Below, in pieces: positions 12,101 to 26,221 of a DNA stretch of 64,000 bases. Under the pieces are notes generated by a model. That model had not been told where the DNA came from. It did not search any database and saw only the letters and a program-made list of their open reading frames with translations. Every line of letters begins with the position of its first letter. The stretch's first letter is position 1. Position numbers and translations under genes: made by a program. This DNA is from Schizochytrium sp. TIO01 (taxonomy: Eukaryota; Protista; Bigyra: Labyrinthulomycetes): assembly GCA_004764695.1 (NCBI GenBank), contig SMSO01000036.1, positions 2,046,001 to 2,110,000 on the forward strand. Direction: 5' to 3'.

Positions 12101-14367
12101 GTCGATATAAGATTCATAATTTAAGTAGCTGACTTGGCCGACTTATCCATCCCATTGCTAAGGGGCTTGAGCAAATTTACTCAAGCGGGTTCTGGAAAGG
12201 GTGCAACAGAGATGAGGAGCATCAAATAGAGTCGATGCACATTTTTTAAAATTAAAACCTAGGAAACACGTATATTAAGAAGTAGATGATAAGATAACAG
12301 AGTGATATTTAGAGTATCGTCGTATTTAGCAGTGTAAAGTGATCTCCTACTTTTGCGTTTCTTGTAAGTTTTTAAAGTATTTATAGATGATCATATTTTT
12401 TAGTTTGAACATTGTCACATAAAATAGCTAAATTGATGAAATAAAGCGTTCTATTGCTAATGTTACATATTGTAAAGGAGGAAATGCAAGTATGGTCGGC
12501 AACATTATATTTATTGTTATAGAAGGGGAAGAAGAAGCCTACAACTGAAGCTTTAAAAATATCCTTTTCTATATTTTAATTAAATATAATCTGGTTTTTA
12601 ACCATAATCATGCTACCTCTAAAGAAACAACTGGGAAATATGCTCTTTCAAATATGCTATTCTCTTTTTAAAAACTAATAAAACCTCTGTCTAGAAAAGC
12701 AAAACATAAATCAAACGATCTACAACCATTTTAATTCTTGTTTTTTGTTTTAGGTAAGGACCTGCTACGTGTTTCCTAGTTCTTTTTGTCTTCGATTGTA
12801 GTTTTCACAAGTAATCAGGCTAAGGCCTTGAGCATTCAAAATAAGAAAAAATCTATATGGTTTGCACAATAAAACATTATCATGGTTGGGATGGTGGCTG
12901 CGCATAAATACTCAGACAGGAAGCAAGCGAAGTAGCCCCTCTAACTCAACCTAGCGATGAAGAAAGTGGGAGAATCATGACATTCTTAAAGCTTTCTTTA
13001 TGCCAACTCACCTTGTAAGCTTACTTTTCGAACGATCTGTAGCAGTGATTGGCAAAATAATCACACTGAGCTGGCTGAGGTTTCCAATAGGTGTTATAAG
13101 TACGCAAGAAACATGCATTTCCCTTTATAAAAGGAAGGAAGAAAGAAAGAAAAGCAAAGTAGTTTAAAGAAAAAAATGGATACGTTTTCAATTTCTTTGT
13201 CAACAAATTTGACCTCGGCAACAGTAAGGTATATATGATCACTCTGTGCTTATCAAGTACCTTCCATTGCACTATTGAAAACTAAAATAAAAAATACGTA
13301 TAACCTCCGACTAGGGTTAGTTTAGCTACAAAAACGGAAGTTATTATAATGAATATTTCAAGCAACAATTGAAATTGGAAAGTACTTCCTGAGCTGTTAG
13401 TCTCTTTTTACAGATTCACCTGTGAAGCACTATTAAACATTAAACGCTACTTGATTCCGTCTATAAAATTACACTATCCAACCCCTGGTTTCATATTCCA
13501 TAAGAAAGAATAGCTTAGCGTAGCGTGGCAAGTCGATTGTGGTCAAGAAAAAGGGGAATTTGTCAACAATGTATTTTGAGATGAGTAGCCAGTTATACGC
13601 GGGAGGGAGGCATCACGTTACAATTTATGGAACGAAACAGAAGAGAAAATCTGAGCCGACAAAGTGAAATGATTTGACATGCGTGTTAGGTAATCGTAAC
13701 CACAAGCAACTTGAACTTATCATGAGTGCCTGTATTTAAGATGAGTCAGGTATTATACTACGATTAAATAATTTTGCAGTGACTAGGGGTGTAGCTTGCA
13801 CTCAAAGAGTAACAACAGGTCAGTTATGTCTCCTGGAAACGTTTTTTTTTTATTTTGAACAAAAAGGGAATTAATAATCGATGTCCAGAATAAATCTCTT
13901 CAAGGCCACATTTCAATCCGCTGATATGGCATTGCAAAAGCTCAAGTGCACAAATATAGAGTACCCTAAGACTTGGTAAAGCATTGGGGATGGAGATTGC
14001 TACAAAGGGGATACAGCCGTCAGTGGCATGGAGTCTTGAAAAAGCTGGAGGTACTTTTTTTCGACTTTTTTTCCAATGATGTACACGCGATGGTAAATGT
14101 AAATGTATAGGCCACATAGTAGGTTTTTATTTTAAGATAAGAGTAGAGAAAATAAAATAAAATAAAAGGTAGATAGAAATAGGATGCAATCTGCAAGAAA
14201 AAGAATGGAATGAGTTCAAGGCTATTCCCTCATCACATGTCCAGAGTTCCAAAAGCGATCTAAGCGAATCGTCTATTTCTTGTTTATTTGTTCATTTGCT
14301 TGGTGTTAGGAAAATGCAAATCTATAAGACAAAAACAAAAAGGAGAAAACACGCTTGGAAAGAGAAC

Positions 14368-14398
<31 letters not shown>

Positions 14399-16294
14399 GA
14401 CGAGCGAAAATTAGGTTAATTGATTATTATTATTATTAAAATAAAAATAACCACAAGCAAAATCAAATTTGGCCAAAAATACTTTATGTCTTCCATAACA
14501 TCACAAACAAATTGTCGCTTCTTATGTCGTTGTTCGTTTTGTCTATTTTTGTGGTGGGTGATCATAGATAGTTGAATAATTAAGCAATTTAGCCAGGTAC
14601 TTGACTAGCTTGGTGTACTTCGATTCCGAATTTGTTCTTTACCTACTTAGGCAATAAATGAAGGACTCGGGACGAATCTTATTCCTGAGAAAGGACGATG
14701 AATCTGGCATGACGAGGGGCTTCAAAGCCTACACTATCAATTCGAATTCACTTGCTTGGTCCAATGGCTATTTAGAGCTGCTAATAATCCTTTTTCTATT
14801 ACCCGAACTGAATATAATAACGCAAAACTCTTCAAAATGAGAAACGATAATGCCACCCCGAAGACGTAAATTAATGACTAATTGCAAATATAGAGCCCTC
14901 CAAGAGGGGAGACGCAGCATCGGCATATGAAAAGAAAAGCTGTCGAAGTTATGATTTAAATGATCTCTCACGCAAGGTAAATTCGACTGTTGATAATTGG
15001 TAGAGTATTTGTGCAATATGCTTCCCGCTCATGCGCAAATTAATTCCTGCAAGAATTAAGCGAAAGGCCAACCTCCGAGCTCCCTTTTCCACACCTTGGT
15101 ACCGACTGCACCGTGAGGAGTTATGACGATAACGTTTCAAATGATGATGTCCTGTAGGTCTGTTTGTTCTAGCCGCTATTCCAGAAATCTCATTTCTTCT
15201 GCGCATAAGAATGGTACTGTAATTTTGCCAAGCGCTTCTGAGAGGGGCTCGGAGGGTAGGCGCCTAGTTTCTTCTTGAGCTGGGCGCCCCGGTGTTCTGC
15301 TCGATCTCTTTGAGGTTCATCTGCTCGGCATGAGAGCGAAGCGTTGCTTATGCAACTGGACCACCCCTTTAGGAACAAGTTCCTGGGAATAGCTGAGGAG
15401 ATGAGATGAAAAGTACTAGAAAGAAAAAGTTGAATGAGAGGCCAACTAACAGAATGTGGGCCCCACTATATGTTATTATAGCAAAGTGGAAATGAGTTAG
15501 CAAAAGTAGGGAAACGCTCTTCGTACTCTGGCTCTGAAGAGGCTTTTATCAGCGTCGCCATACAGCCTTGTCCGGGCTTCAGCTACCTGCGTTAGCTAGT
15601 TAGCCTTCGTTTCTAGCTAGCTAGAGTTTCTCTCAGGGGCTTTGCCATATTGCTTTCTTTTTGGTGAGTGAAAAGAAAGGAAGAGGCCTTCCACAGAGGC
15701 CTTACCTACTTCACACAGTCGGCTCGGAGAGGCCTGCATTTACTGAGACAGCGGGAAGAAGGCCCCCGCAGAGGGACTGCGGGGAACTGTTTCGGGAATT
15801 ATATGGCCTAGAGGAACTATATGATAATCTCTCTAGGGCCTTATTATTCTCGATGGCAAGTTTTGGGGGTCAGAACCATGGAAACTCAAACAGGGGAAGG
15901 CGCTAAAGGTTCTCTGCTCTCACATCACCCCAAGTCAAGATCAAGGAATCAACTCTATCATCTTGGTGCAAACTAAAGTGAGAATTGAGGCATGGGGAAG
16001 GTCTCTCGCTTCTATCATTAGATGTTGGACTCAATGTTGCTTGTTCTTCCTCTCCTTTAATATTAAAAATTCAAAAGTTAAAATTAAACTGAAAAAATAT
16101 GTTTATATATATTTTTTCTTTCTGCTGAGAATCTCAGAAGTCATTCTATTTTATTTTAAATTAAGAAGTAAGGTTATCTTATTAAAAAAAAAGTAAGTTT
16201 GAATAATTGCAGTTTTCTATTTTATTTCTTTTTCAGTTTTGAGTCTTCCCTACTTAAGGCCTTGTGAGGGAGGCCCAGTGGAGAGGAAATTCAA

Positions 16295-16295
<1 letters not shown>

Positions 16296-16375
<80 letters not shown>
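16296..16375. repeat. (GAAA)n microsatellite
   Basis: Directly visible, about 20 units. Confidence 0.95.
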
Positions 16376-16376
<1 letters not shown>

Positions 16377-18981
16377 CACTCACCGTCTGCGTTGCAGTCA
16401 CGCTTCACCTCATTAACGGGAGAGGAAAGAAAGAATTAACCGAAAAAAAGTTCGTACTCCTCCTTCCAGAACCTTTGTCTTCTAGTGTATGATTATAGCT
16501 ACAGAAAGAAACCGAAGGAGTAGCAATAGTACCCATTAGCCAGCTGGCTAGACAACAAAGCACTCGAACCAAAAATAATGCAAACCAGTTTGTAGCAAAC
16601 TGATGATTTATAAAATTTAATTCACTACACTCAGAAGCACTATAGAAGTATAATATTTATTTTCTTTATTTTTCTGTTGATGCTGTCAAACTAAGCTAGA
16701 TTGAAGCGGCGGTTGCACTGCAGCTTGCAAATAAGCAGAGTAGCACCAAGAATGTAAGAAGGTATGGCCTCTGTCCACCACTATTTTGCTGTTGTTGCTG
16801 TTGTTGTTTTTTTGGCACCGCTTACTCTGTAGCTATTGTTGGATTTCACCAAAGTAGCCCTGCGAAGCCTCTGTACTCGCGATTCTTTTTTGTAGTCCAC
16901 TGTGCTTCGCTGTGCTAGAGATGCTCTGTAGTCTGGCCTCCTCCTAACACAATCGATCAATCGATCAAGTACGATAAAAATATAAATAAACAAACAAACA
17001 AACATATGGATGAATAAATAATTTAATGAATGAGTGGAATCGTGCCTAAATCCCTTTCGTTCTTCCATACTTACTAAAGAGAAAAAACGAAAAACGAAGC
17101 GAAGCAAAGCAAAGCAAAGCCTCACGCGATGCTATAATTCCAGCAGAAGCTAGCACCATCAGTGAAGGCCCTGAAAGCTGGCAGCTGCTACGTTCTTGAA
17201 ACAGTTGTCGGCATTTTGTTCTTGCGGCTTCTACTGTTCTACTGCTTCTCCTTCTGGAGCAGGGTTTGAAGAATAATTGATTGCTCTTGAAGGTGCATTT
17301 AAAGTTAGTAAGCTGCCTATTTATTAAAGGTACTGAGAGAGGGGAGCATTGACTCCGGGGAGTAAACGAGAGAGACAGAGAGAGAGAGAGAGAGAGGTGA
17401 GAGAGAAACAAAAACAAACAAATGGTTTCTCTCTCTCTCCGGAAGACAAGTATCAAAGAGAGTCGGCCTTCAGAGCGGTGCGAGTGATGGACTGTGGGAG
17501 GTTGTATGGGAGGAGGCGAAATTGTTTTCTTTGTTTCGAAAAGCTCTTCTTTCTAGAAAACAAATCCCTCTTTTAGTGCTACTCGTTCTGCTGTCTTGCA
17601 TCCCCATTCTTCAATTGCGCTGTTTTGTAATAAGAAGGCTGTATTTAATGATATATATAATAATAGTAATAAAAATAAATTAAAAGTCATTAAAGCATAA
17701 TGAATGTGGTCGTGAAAAGGCATAATGAAGAAACAAGCGAAAAGATTATGCTCGGCGACAGTTTTATGAAAAAGAAGGATCAGACAATAAATTAGGGCTG
17801 ATAGGTAGACGAGCTGACCAGAAACTAGGATCATTAGACAAAAGCCATTGACTGAGTGCCACAGTGGGTATCCTTTTTTCTTCACTTACTAACTGCACCA
17901 CTAGCAAACAACGAGAGAAAAGAGTAGAAAGAGAAAGGGCCGTCCACAGGAACTCTTGAATCCGGCCCTCCTAGTTTTGTTTTGGATGACGATAAAGAAA
18001 ATAAAACCCTACCACTGATAACTTGAGTTTTTCCAACAGCCAAAGAGGGGCCGTTTTCAAGAAACATAACACAACTAGTTGAGAAAATAAAACAACGCCC
18101 GAAGCGTTCTAACAAGCAACAGACCACGCAAGACCAAGCAAGCCACCCAAAACACGCGCTCTGTGCTCTGCTCTGCTTCGCGACTTATTAGTACGTCCGT
18201 GTAGACAAAACCTCCCTCCTTTTTTCTTCCTCCTATTTACTATTCACTCGAGAGAAGAAAACTTTCTGCTAAATCCGTACAGAGGGAAAAAAACAAACAA
18301 ATACTAAATTAAAAAAATAAAAAATTGTTCTGCGCTGTCCTCGTGGGTTAGCTTCATATCTGTTCGCGTTAGTATTTTGCCCAAAAGAGAAGGTCCGAAA
18401 CTGGGGTTTTATTGTCTTATCTAAGCGAGGCAGGCGAGGCAGGCGAAGCCTCAATCCAACAACAACAACAAAACAACAGCAAAAACAACAACAAAAACAA
18501 CAACAGAGGAGAGAGGATGCCAGAGAGAGAGCGAGAGAAATGCAAGGGAAGAAGGTATGGGCGCTCTTCTTCTTGCCTCTAGCTAGAGAGGGATAAGCAA
18601 GCAAGCGATCGAAGCCGCAAGCAAGCAAGCAAGCGATCGGCCTCTGAGAGCAGCAGCAGCCAGCTTTGAGGGGTATGCCGCTGGCCTCTGCCCGCATCGT
18701 GGCAGGCTTGGCCTAGGATCGGGCGCGGTGCAGCTGAAGCTGGAGGCTGCTTTGGAATGGAATAAGATCTTCGGGAGGGCAGAATGACGAAAGAGGAAAA
18801 GCAAGCTGCTACAGCAGCAGAAAATTGCAGAATCATGCATGATTTTATTTACGGGGTTCTGCTACTACAAAAATAGGAAATAGAATGCAGCTTCAGATTG
18901 TGAATGCCTCTCTGAAGGCTGACGGAGGAGGGATGAGCCTCTCTGCAGTTTTGTCAGCAGGTTATCGGCAGAATTCAGGTT

Positions 18982-19043
18982 ATGAATGAATGAATGAATG
19001 AATGAATGAATGAATGAATGAATGAATGAATGAATGAATGAAT
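18982..19043. repeat. (ATGA)n microsatellite
   Basis: Directly visible, about 15 units. Confidence 0.95.
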
Positions 19044-20145
19044 TGTGGATTAATCGTACTATTTTAGAAGGCGGCAATCTCTATCTTTCCAGGGTGAAAA
19101 CCACTATATCTCTTGTGTTTATAATAAAATGTATCGATTAGATGACACCATGATGAATATAGCGAAATCAAATCGTGCAGCAATTCCTCACCACTAACGA
19201 AGGCTTTAAAAGTATCTCCAGCGGCCTTTCGAATGTCTATTGCGATTCAGGCTTAAGTAGCATGGGCAAATCCAGGCGGGAGGTCTGCTGGATGTCTAGC
19301 TAGAGTTATTGGCGATATGCCAGCCATACGAGTGGCAAACCTTTAATCTGAGCCCTTCATCTTAACTAGATGGGTGGATGTGAGGAAAGATCATCTTCCA
19401 GAGACATTTGCCCTGGGAAAATAAAGATGCAAGATTATTTTAAAATTATAAATATTAAATAACAATAATCAACTCATGAATGCTCGTTTCACATGCTTGG
19501 AAATAACTCATACGTATGATGAACTCATATATAAATATATATATATATATAATAAAGAGGAAACGATTGATTGGGGTTTTAAAAGCAAAGAAGAGAGATT
19601 TGAATGGATCTCTGGGGTTGTTGTATCTCTGTGTTTCCCCACCTTTACAAATATATATAGATTTATATACATACAACTATAAATTAAATTTGCCAAATCG
19701 AAGATTCAGGACGAGTGAATTTTTAATCATTTGAAGCATCCTCGCATTCGAGTGCAAATTTCTTTTGCATTTCGAAAAGTCAAAGTGCTAAACTTCTACT
19801 ATACAGGGCATAAAGGAGGCCTTGAAGAGCCTTTGGTCGATCTTGAGCGGCCCATTGCCAAAAGGGCCACGCGTAACACAAATCCGCTGATTGCGTATGC
19901 AAATGCGCAGTCTCTGCACTCGCCATCGTTGTTGCGCAGGTACAGAACAGCAAAACCACTGAGCTCGAAGATGGGTTCGAAGGCGGATACAGATCAGTTG
20001 CAGCAACCCCTCTTCGCTCTTCGTGTGTCCATGCAGATGCAACACTTGGATACTGAAAGGTAACTTAAGGCGGAGCAGAGGAGAGATCACAGAAACCAGT
20101 AAGTTAGATTTCATTCAGAAAGGTCAAGAAAAAAAGGTCAAGAAA

Positions 20146-20217
20146 GAAAGAGAAAGAGAAAGAGAAAGAGAAAGAGAAAGAGAAAGAGAAAGAGAAAGAG
20201 AAAGAGAAAGAGAAAGA
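20146..20217. repeat. (AGAAAG)n microsatellite
   Basis: Directly visible, about 12 units. Confidence 0.95.
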
Positions 20218-20938
20218 AAAGCAAAAAATAAGAAGAAGATAATCCAACAGCGCCGCGATATCCTTGCATCTTAAAACAAACCACAGCTCTCAAGTCAAAC
20301 CAAGGCCTCTGGGGCCCTTCTTCAGCCTGCCGTTTGCCTGCCTCGGTGCGGTCAGCTGTGCCTCCTGCAGCCCAGCCAGCGCGGTCGCTGCGGCGGCAAC
20401 GCGAGTTGGCTCTGAAGCTAGCTAGCTAGCTACAACCATGACAGCCAGCGATTAAAAAAACGACAGCGGTGATAAAAGAAAAAGAAGAAGAAGAAAGAGA
20501 AAGAGAAGAAGAAAGAGAAGCGCCAACTAACTAACTAACTAACTGACTAACTGCCTATTGCTGGGAGGCTCTCCAGTGGAGAAAATAAAATTTTTGTCCA
20601 CCCACGGGGAAGAGGGCGAAAGCGAAAATAAGAATGGACAGGAAGCAGAGGCCACCACTAAGGCTTTGACCAGGCCAGTTTATGAGGGCTCAGGTAGTGA
20701 GAAGAGCTTTCCGTCTCTGTGGATGGAGGCGGCGATGGATGGTTGAAGCAGAGGAGCTCAGGCAGCAGGGCAGGAGCATGCACTGAAGCAGGAGGGGACC
20801 GACGGCGTGGAGGAGATGGCTGACGGCTGACTGACTTGCTGGCTGGCTGGTTGGTGCTGGCTGATCTTATTGGGTCATCGATTGATCGACTGATTGATTG
20901 ATTGGAGACGAAATGGCAGTGCTTATTGAGGTTGTTTG

Positions 20939-20973
<35 letters not shown>

Positions 20974-21794
20974 TAACTTCTTTCTTTCTTTCTATTTACA
21001 CATATTTCATTTTGTTTTAAATACCCACCTCTACTCTTCTTCTCCTATACACGCAAGCATAGTTATTAGTACACTTTAAAGGGAAAGAACCAACAAGAGT
21101 TTAATAAATATATATTTAAATCAATTAAAATGTTGTGCTTATTCTTTTGGTAGGTGCTTCCTTTGAGTTCAATTACAGCAGTTTACATCAGCTCATTTCG
21201 GATGGTAAAGAAAGAGGGGCACAGTGCGCCGAGGATCAAACGCAATTTGCCATCGCGCGGCCAACAGCATAAGCTAAAATGCAATAAAGCTTATCGCCAG
21301 AGCCGCCGGGGTCTGCGCAGCACACGCGCAAAAGCCGGGAAACCAGCGGGAAACGAGCAACGAGCAGGCAAGAGGACGCGCAGGCAGCGGAGAGAGCGAA
21401 GGGAGGGCAAGACATCAGAAAATCGGGAGACAGGAACTTAAAAAAGCCCCACCTTCCAACAGAAAATTAAACAAAAAGAAAAGATGCGAAAAAACTTATT
21501 GTTCCAATCAAGAAATTAAAAGAAAACGCCATCAGCTTAAACGAAAGAGGTGAAAGGAAGTGAAAGGGAATGAAAAGAGAAGAGGTGAAAAAGAGCAAGA
21601 AACAGAAACATATATATGTATGTTTGTATGGATATATGGATATATAGAGAGAGAAGAAGCGAAGGAGTCCTCCCTCTCACAATCTTATTTATCCTTTCGG
21701 CCAAATAAACAAATAAATAAATAAATAAATAAACAAACAAACACTGCTGCAGACTCACTCACTCGTTCATTCTCTCTCTCTCTCTCTGACGTGA

Positions 21795-22465
<671 letters not shown>

Positions 22466-22768
22466 TAGTGCCTCTGTCCCTATCTTCTGCCTATCCTTAG
22501 ATGGTTTGATTGGGTTATTATTGAGGATGACGAAGAAGAAGCAGGTAGCGAAGGCGATGTGCAGAAGGAGAGAGACCTCTGGTCAACAGCAGTTAATTTT
22601 CCGTTGCTTGCTGCAGAGAGCAGGAGCTCGAAAAAGCTGATCCTGGCCGCGTCTTCTTTGGGAGGCTTTCTCAAAGATGGTGTCTCTGGAGAGTGGGTAT
22701 CCTGGAACATGAGATGGATTGATTGATTGATTTAATGCCAAGAAAGAGCGAGGCTTTCTTCGGGATTC

Positions 22769-22998
<230 letters not shown>

Positions 22999-25130
22999 GT
23001 TTCCCTCTCTAACTCTGTCTGTTTTTCCCTGTTCCTGTTTCCTGTTTCGCTTTTTCACCGAGAGGAGAGAGGTGTGTGCTGCAAGGCTCTACAGAGAGGC
23101 CTGCGCGATACCGGTGACTGGCTTTGAACTGTTTTTATTTTCGGTGTCGCTTCTTACCAAAATGATTATTTTCGATCTTTTTAGTTAAATCCTAGTTTTA
23201 TTTTCACTTTGTATTTTCCATTCTGGGCTTCCCTCCTCTTTCCCCTTTCCCCCCTCCCTTTTTTTTTTTTTTTTTTTTTTTTTTCCTTTTTTTTCTTTCT
23301 TTCTCTACCCTCCTTTATGGCTCTTTCTTTTAGTATTCTTTTTATATACGCCTTTAAAAGCATAATCTTTTCTTGAAAAAGGAAAGATAAGACTGAGACA
23401 TAGAACAAGGAGATGCATAATGGAACAGGCGTTTTATCTTCCGTGCTCTGCTTCGATGTGGACTTGTCCGTATGGTTTTATCCTGCGAAGAAAGACTCTG
23501 AGGACAAGTTGGCGAGGAGGACCTTTCTCCCTCTCTTTCCCCCAGTCTGCACGGCAGCCGAATAAATAAACAAAACAAACAGAGATAGACACAGTGGAGT
23601 GAAAGAGAGAATGCGATTTCATATTCTCTATTAAATGGAAGCACTTTATGCAAACAGGATAAAGCCCTCCCACATCTCCCTCACTCAAATGAATAACGTC
23701 TTCTTTCACTTTCTTCCTGCATCTATTTTAACATTCTTTTTGGTTTAAATACAAAATACTCAAAACAATAATTTCTATTTTATAAAAAAAAAAAATTACA
23801 GTTTTTTTTTTTCAAAGGCCTTTCTCTCTCTGAATCGATTATATCAACAAACAACCAAATAATATTTCCCGACGAAAAGGGAAATCTCACTAAGAGTTCT
23901 GCTACTGATATCTTATGGTGAGTAAGAATGAATGATTCTGACGGACGCCAACGAACCGAAAGATAGAAAGCGAGAAACCAGAAAAGCAAAAGAAGAATCG
24001 GCAACGGAGTAGACAGTGAAAAGTATAAAGCGTAGGGCTACAGATAAAATGGGGAGAGTGATATCTGTGTCGGCTACAAAATATTTATCCGCGCAGGATT
24101 TACATATCCTCAATTCGCAAGGTTTGTCTCTTCGAATGTGCTCATTCTCCACCTCTCTATTCAAAAATAAATAAATAACTATTTTATATACATATATATA
24201 ATAAACAAAGAAAAACTCAAAGAACGAAACGAGAAGTAAGCAAAATCTCTTTAAACTCCAGAATTAAATCGTTCGTCTGCTCCATTCAGGCTCCTCTCCG
24301 GCCTCTGCCCCCGAAGCGGCTGCCCCCAAGCAGACCCCCAACGCTCCTTACCACACTCGCAAGCAAAGAAGCAATTGATTAAACAAGCCCCAACCTGCTC
24401 TGCTGTTCCCCCGGCGTCTTCTCGCGCTGCGATTTTCCCATTTTCGATCAGCAAGAGAAGAGGCCTTTATTTTAATCAATTCCCTCTCTCTCTCTTTCTC
24501 TTTCTCTTTCATTATCTCTTTTCGATAACATCTCATTCATCGACTTCGTTGAGCGATCAATCGATCGATTGTCTGCATCAGTCAGTCCATGAACTAGCGA
24601 TCGGGGCGAGAGACCGACGCGGCGATCGACCTCCGACAGCAGAGCGCTGCCGTAGCTTGGGGGAGGCGCAGAGAGGTAGCTCGCTCGCCGGCCGGAGCGC
24701 CTGTTGGATTGATTGTTGCTTTTTTGCTTGAGGTGCTTTTTAGCTAGGATTATTGCCTCTCTCAGTCTGTGGCCTCGCGTTTCTTTTTCTTTTTCTTTTT
24801 CTTTTTCTGTTGGCCTCTTTTGTTTGTTTGTTTGTTTGTTTCTTTCTTTCTTTCTCTGTTTGTTTGTTTCTTTTTTTGCTGTGGCCTTCTTCTTTTTTTC
24901 TTTTTCTATTTGCTGTTTGGAGTGTTTGTTTGTTTGGGTTGTTTGTCATTTGTTTTTGTCTTTTCTGTATACTGGCAAAAGTTTTATTTTTCGAGCTTGA
25001 AAATTTTGCGCTCAGGCCTGCTCCAAAGGGACAGCCAGGACGGCGGCGGCGACCGCACGCAGAGGCACGACGAGGGCGAAGCGCAGGGCGCACAAAGGCG
25101 GCGCAGGAGGCGTGCCTGCTGCTGCGCGCC

Positions 25131-25247
25131 ATGTGGCCGGACAACCCTTGGTCTGGGCCGCAGCAGGAGCAGGAGGGTACGCCTTCGCAGGCGCGGCAGC
25201 CACCTGTGCGGCAGCCGCCAGCGCCGCGGCAACAGGGCCCGCCGCGT

Positions 25248-25286
<39 letters not shown>

Positions 25287-26162
25287 CAACAACAGCAGCA
25301 GCAACAGCACGCTCGGCACCAGGACCAGCAGCTCCAGCAGCGGCACAGACACCAGCAACACAATCATCAAAGTAATCAACAACAAAACCAACAACAACAG
25401 CAAAACCAGCAGCAAAACCAGCAGCAAAACCAGCAGCAAAACCAGGAAAATCAAAGGGAGCATCGCCACCGGCAACGATCACACTCTCAAAGACAGCAGC
25501 AGCAGCAGCAACAACAACATACAGGCAACTCGGCAAACTCGAACCACCAGGACCAAAACCCATACTCAAATCTTCAGCAACAACATGAGAACACCGCTGC
25601 TTCTCAACAGCAGCTTCAAAATATGATGAATACCGCCGGGAACCAACTAGGGCCGCACAATGCGGCCAACATGATGACTATGCACCAGGTATTTGGCAAC
25701 CACCAGGGCTCACATGAAATGTTCATACCTATGATGCATGGCATGCATCCATATGCTCAGCAATCACAGCAGCAACAATCTCAGCAACAGCAATCTGACC
25801 AGAGCATGCAAAATCCACAGCAGCAACAACAACAGCAAGTGCTGCAGCAACAGCAACAAGGGTCGTTGCCGATGCTGCAGTTCTTACTGCGCGAGAAACC
25901 ATCACAAATTCACCATGCGCACATGTCAGGGCAATCATCAGGGTCAAATATGACAACAACACAGGTTGCTGACAACTCTGTTGGCCACATTGCATGGGCG
26001 CCGCAGAACATGGCAGGACCTCATCCTATGTATGCCAATGCTGGCATGAACGCTGACCCTGCTACCTTTCAAGCGATGATGAATCAGGGTATGATTCCCA
26101 ACTTTGTTGCGCCAAATCAACAAGCTGCTGTTGTCGCTGCACCCATGTCACAACAACAGCAA

Positions 26163-26221
<59 letters not shown>

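Noticed and set aside
13310-13326. Telomere-like tagggttagtttag
   Set aside because: Only about two imperfect units; expected by chance.
24753-25130. Phe/Leu-rich 'transmembrane' N-terminus of ORF 24753-26339
   Set aside because: It derives from a T-rich low-complexity tract with a non-ATG start; more likely intron or UTR.
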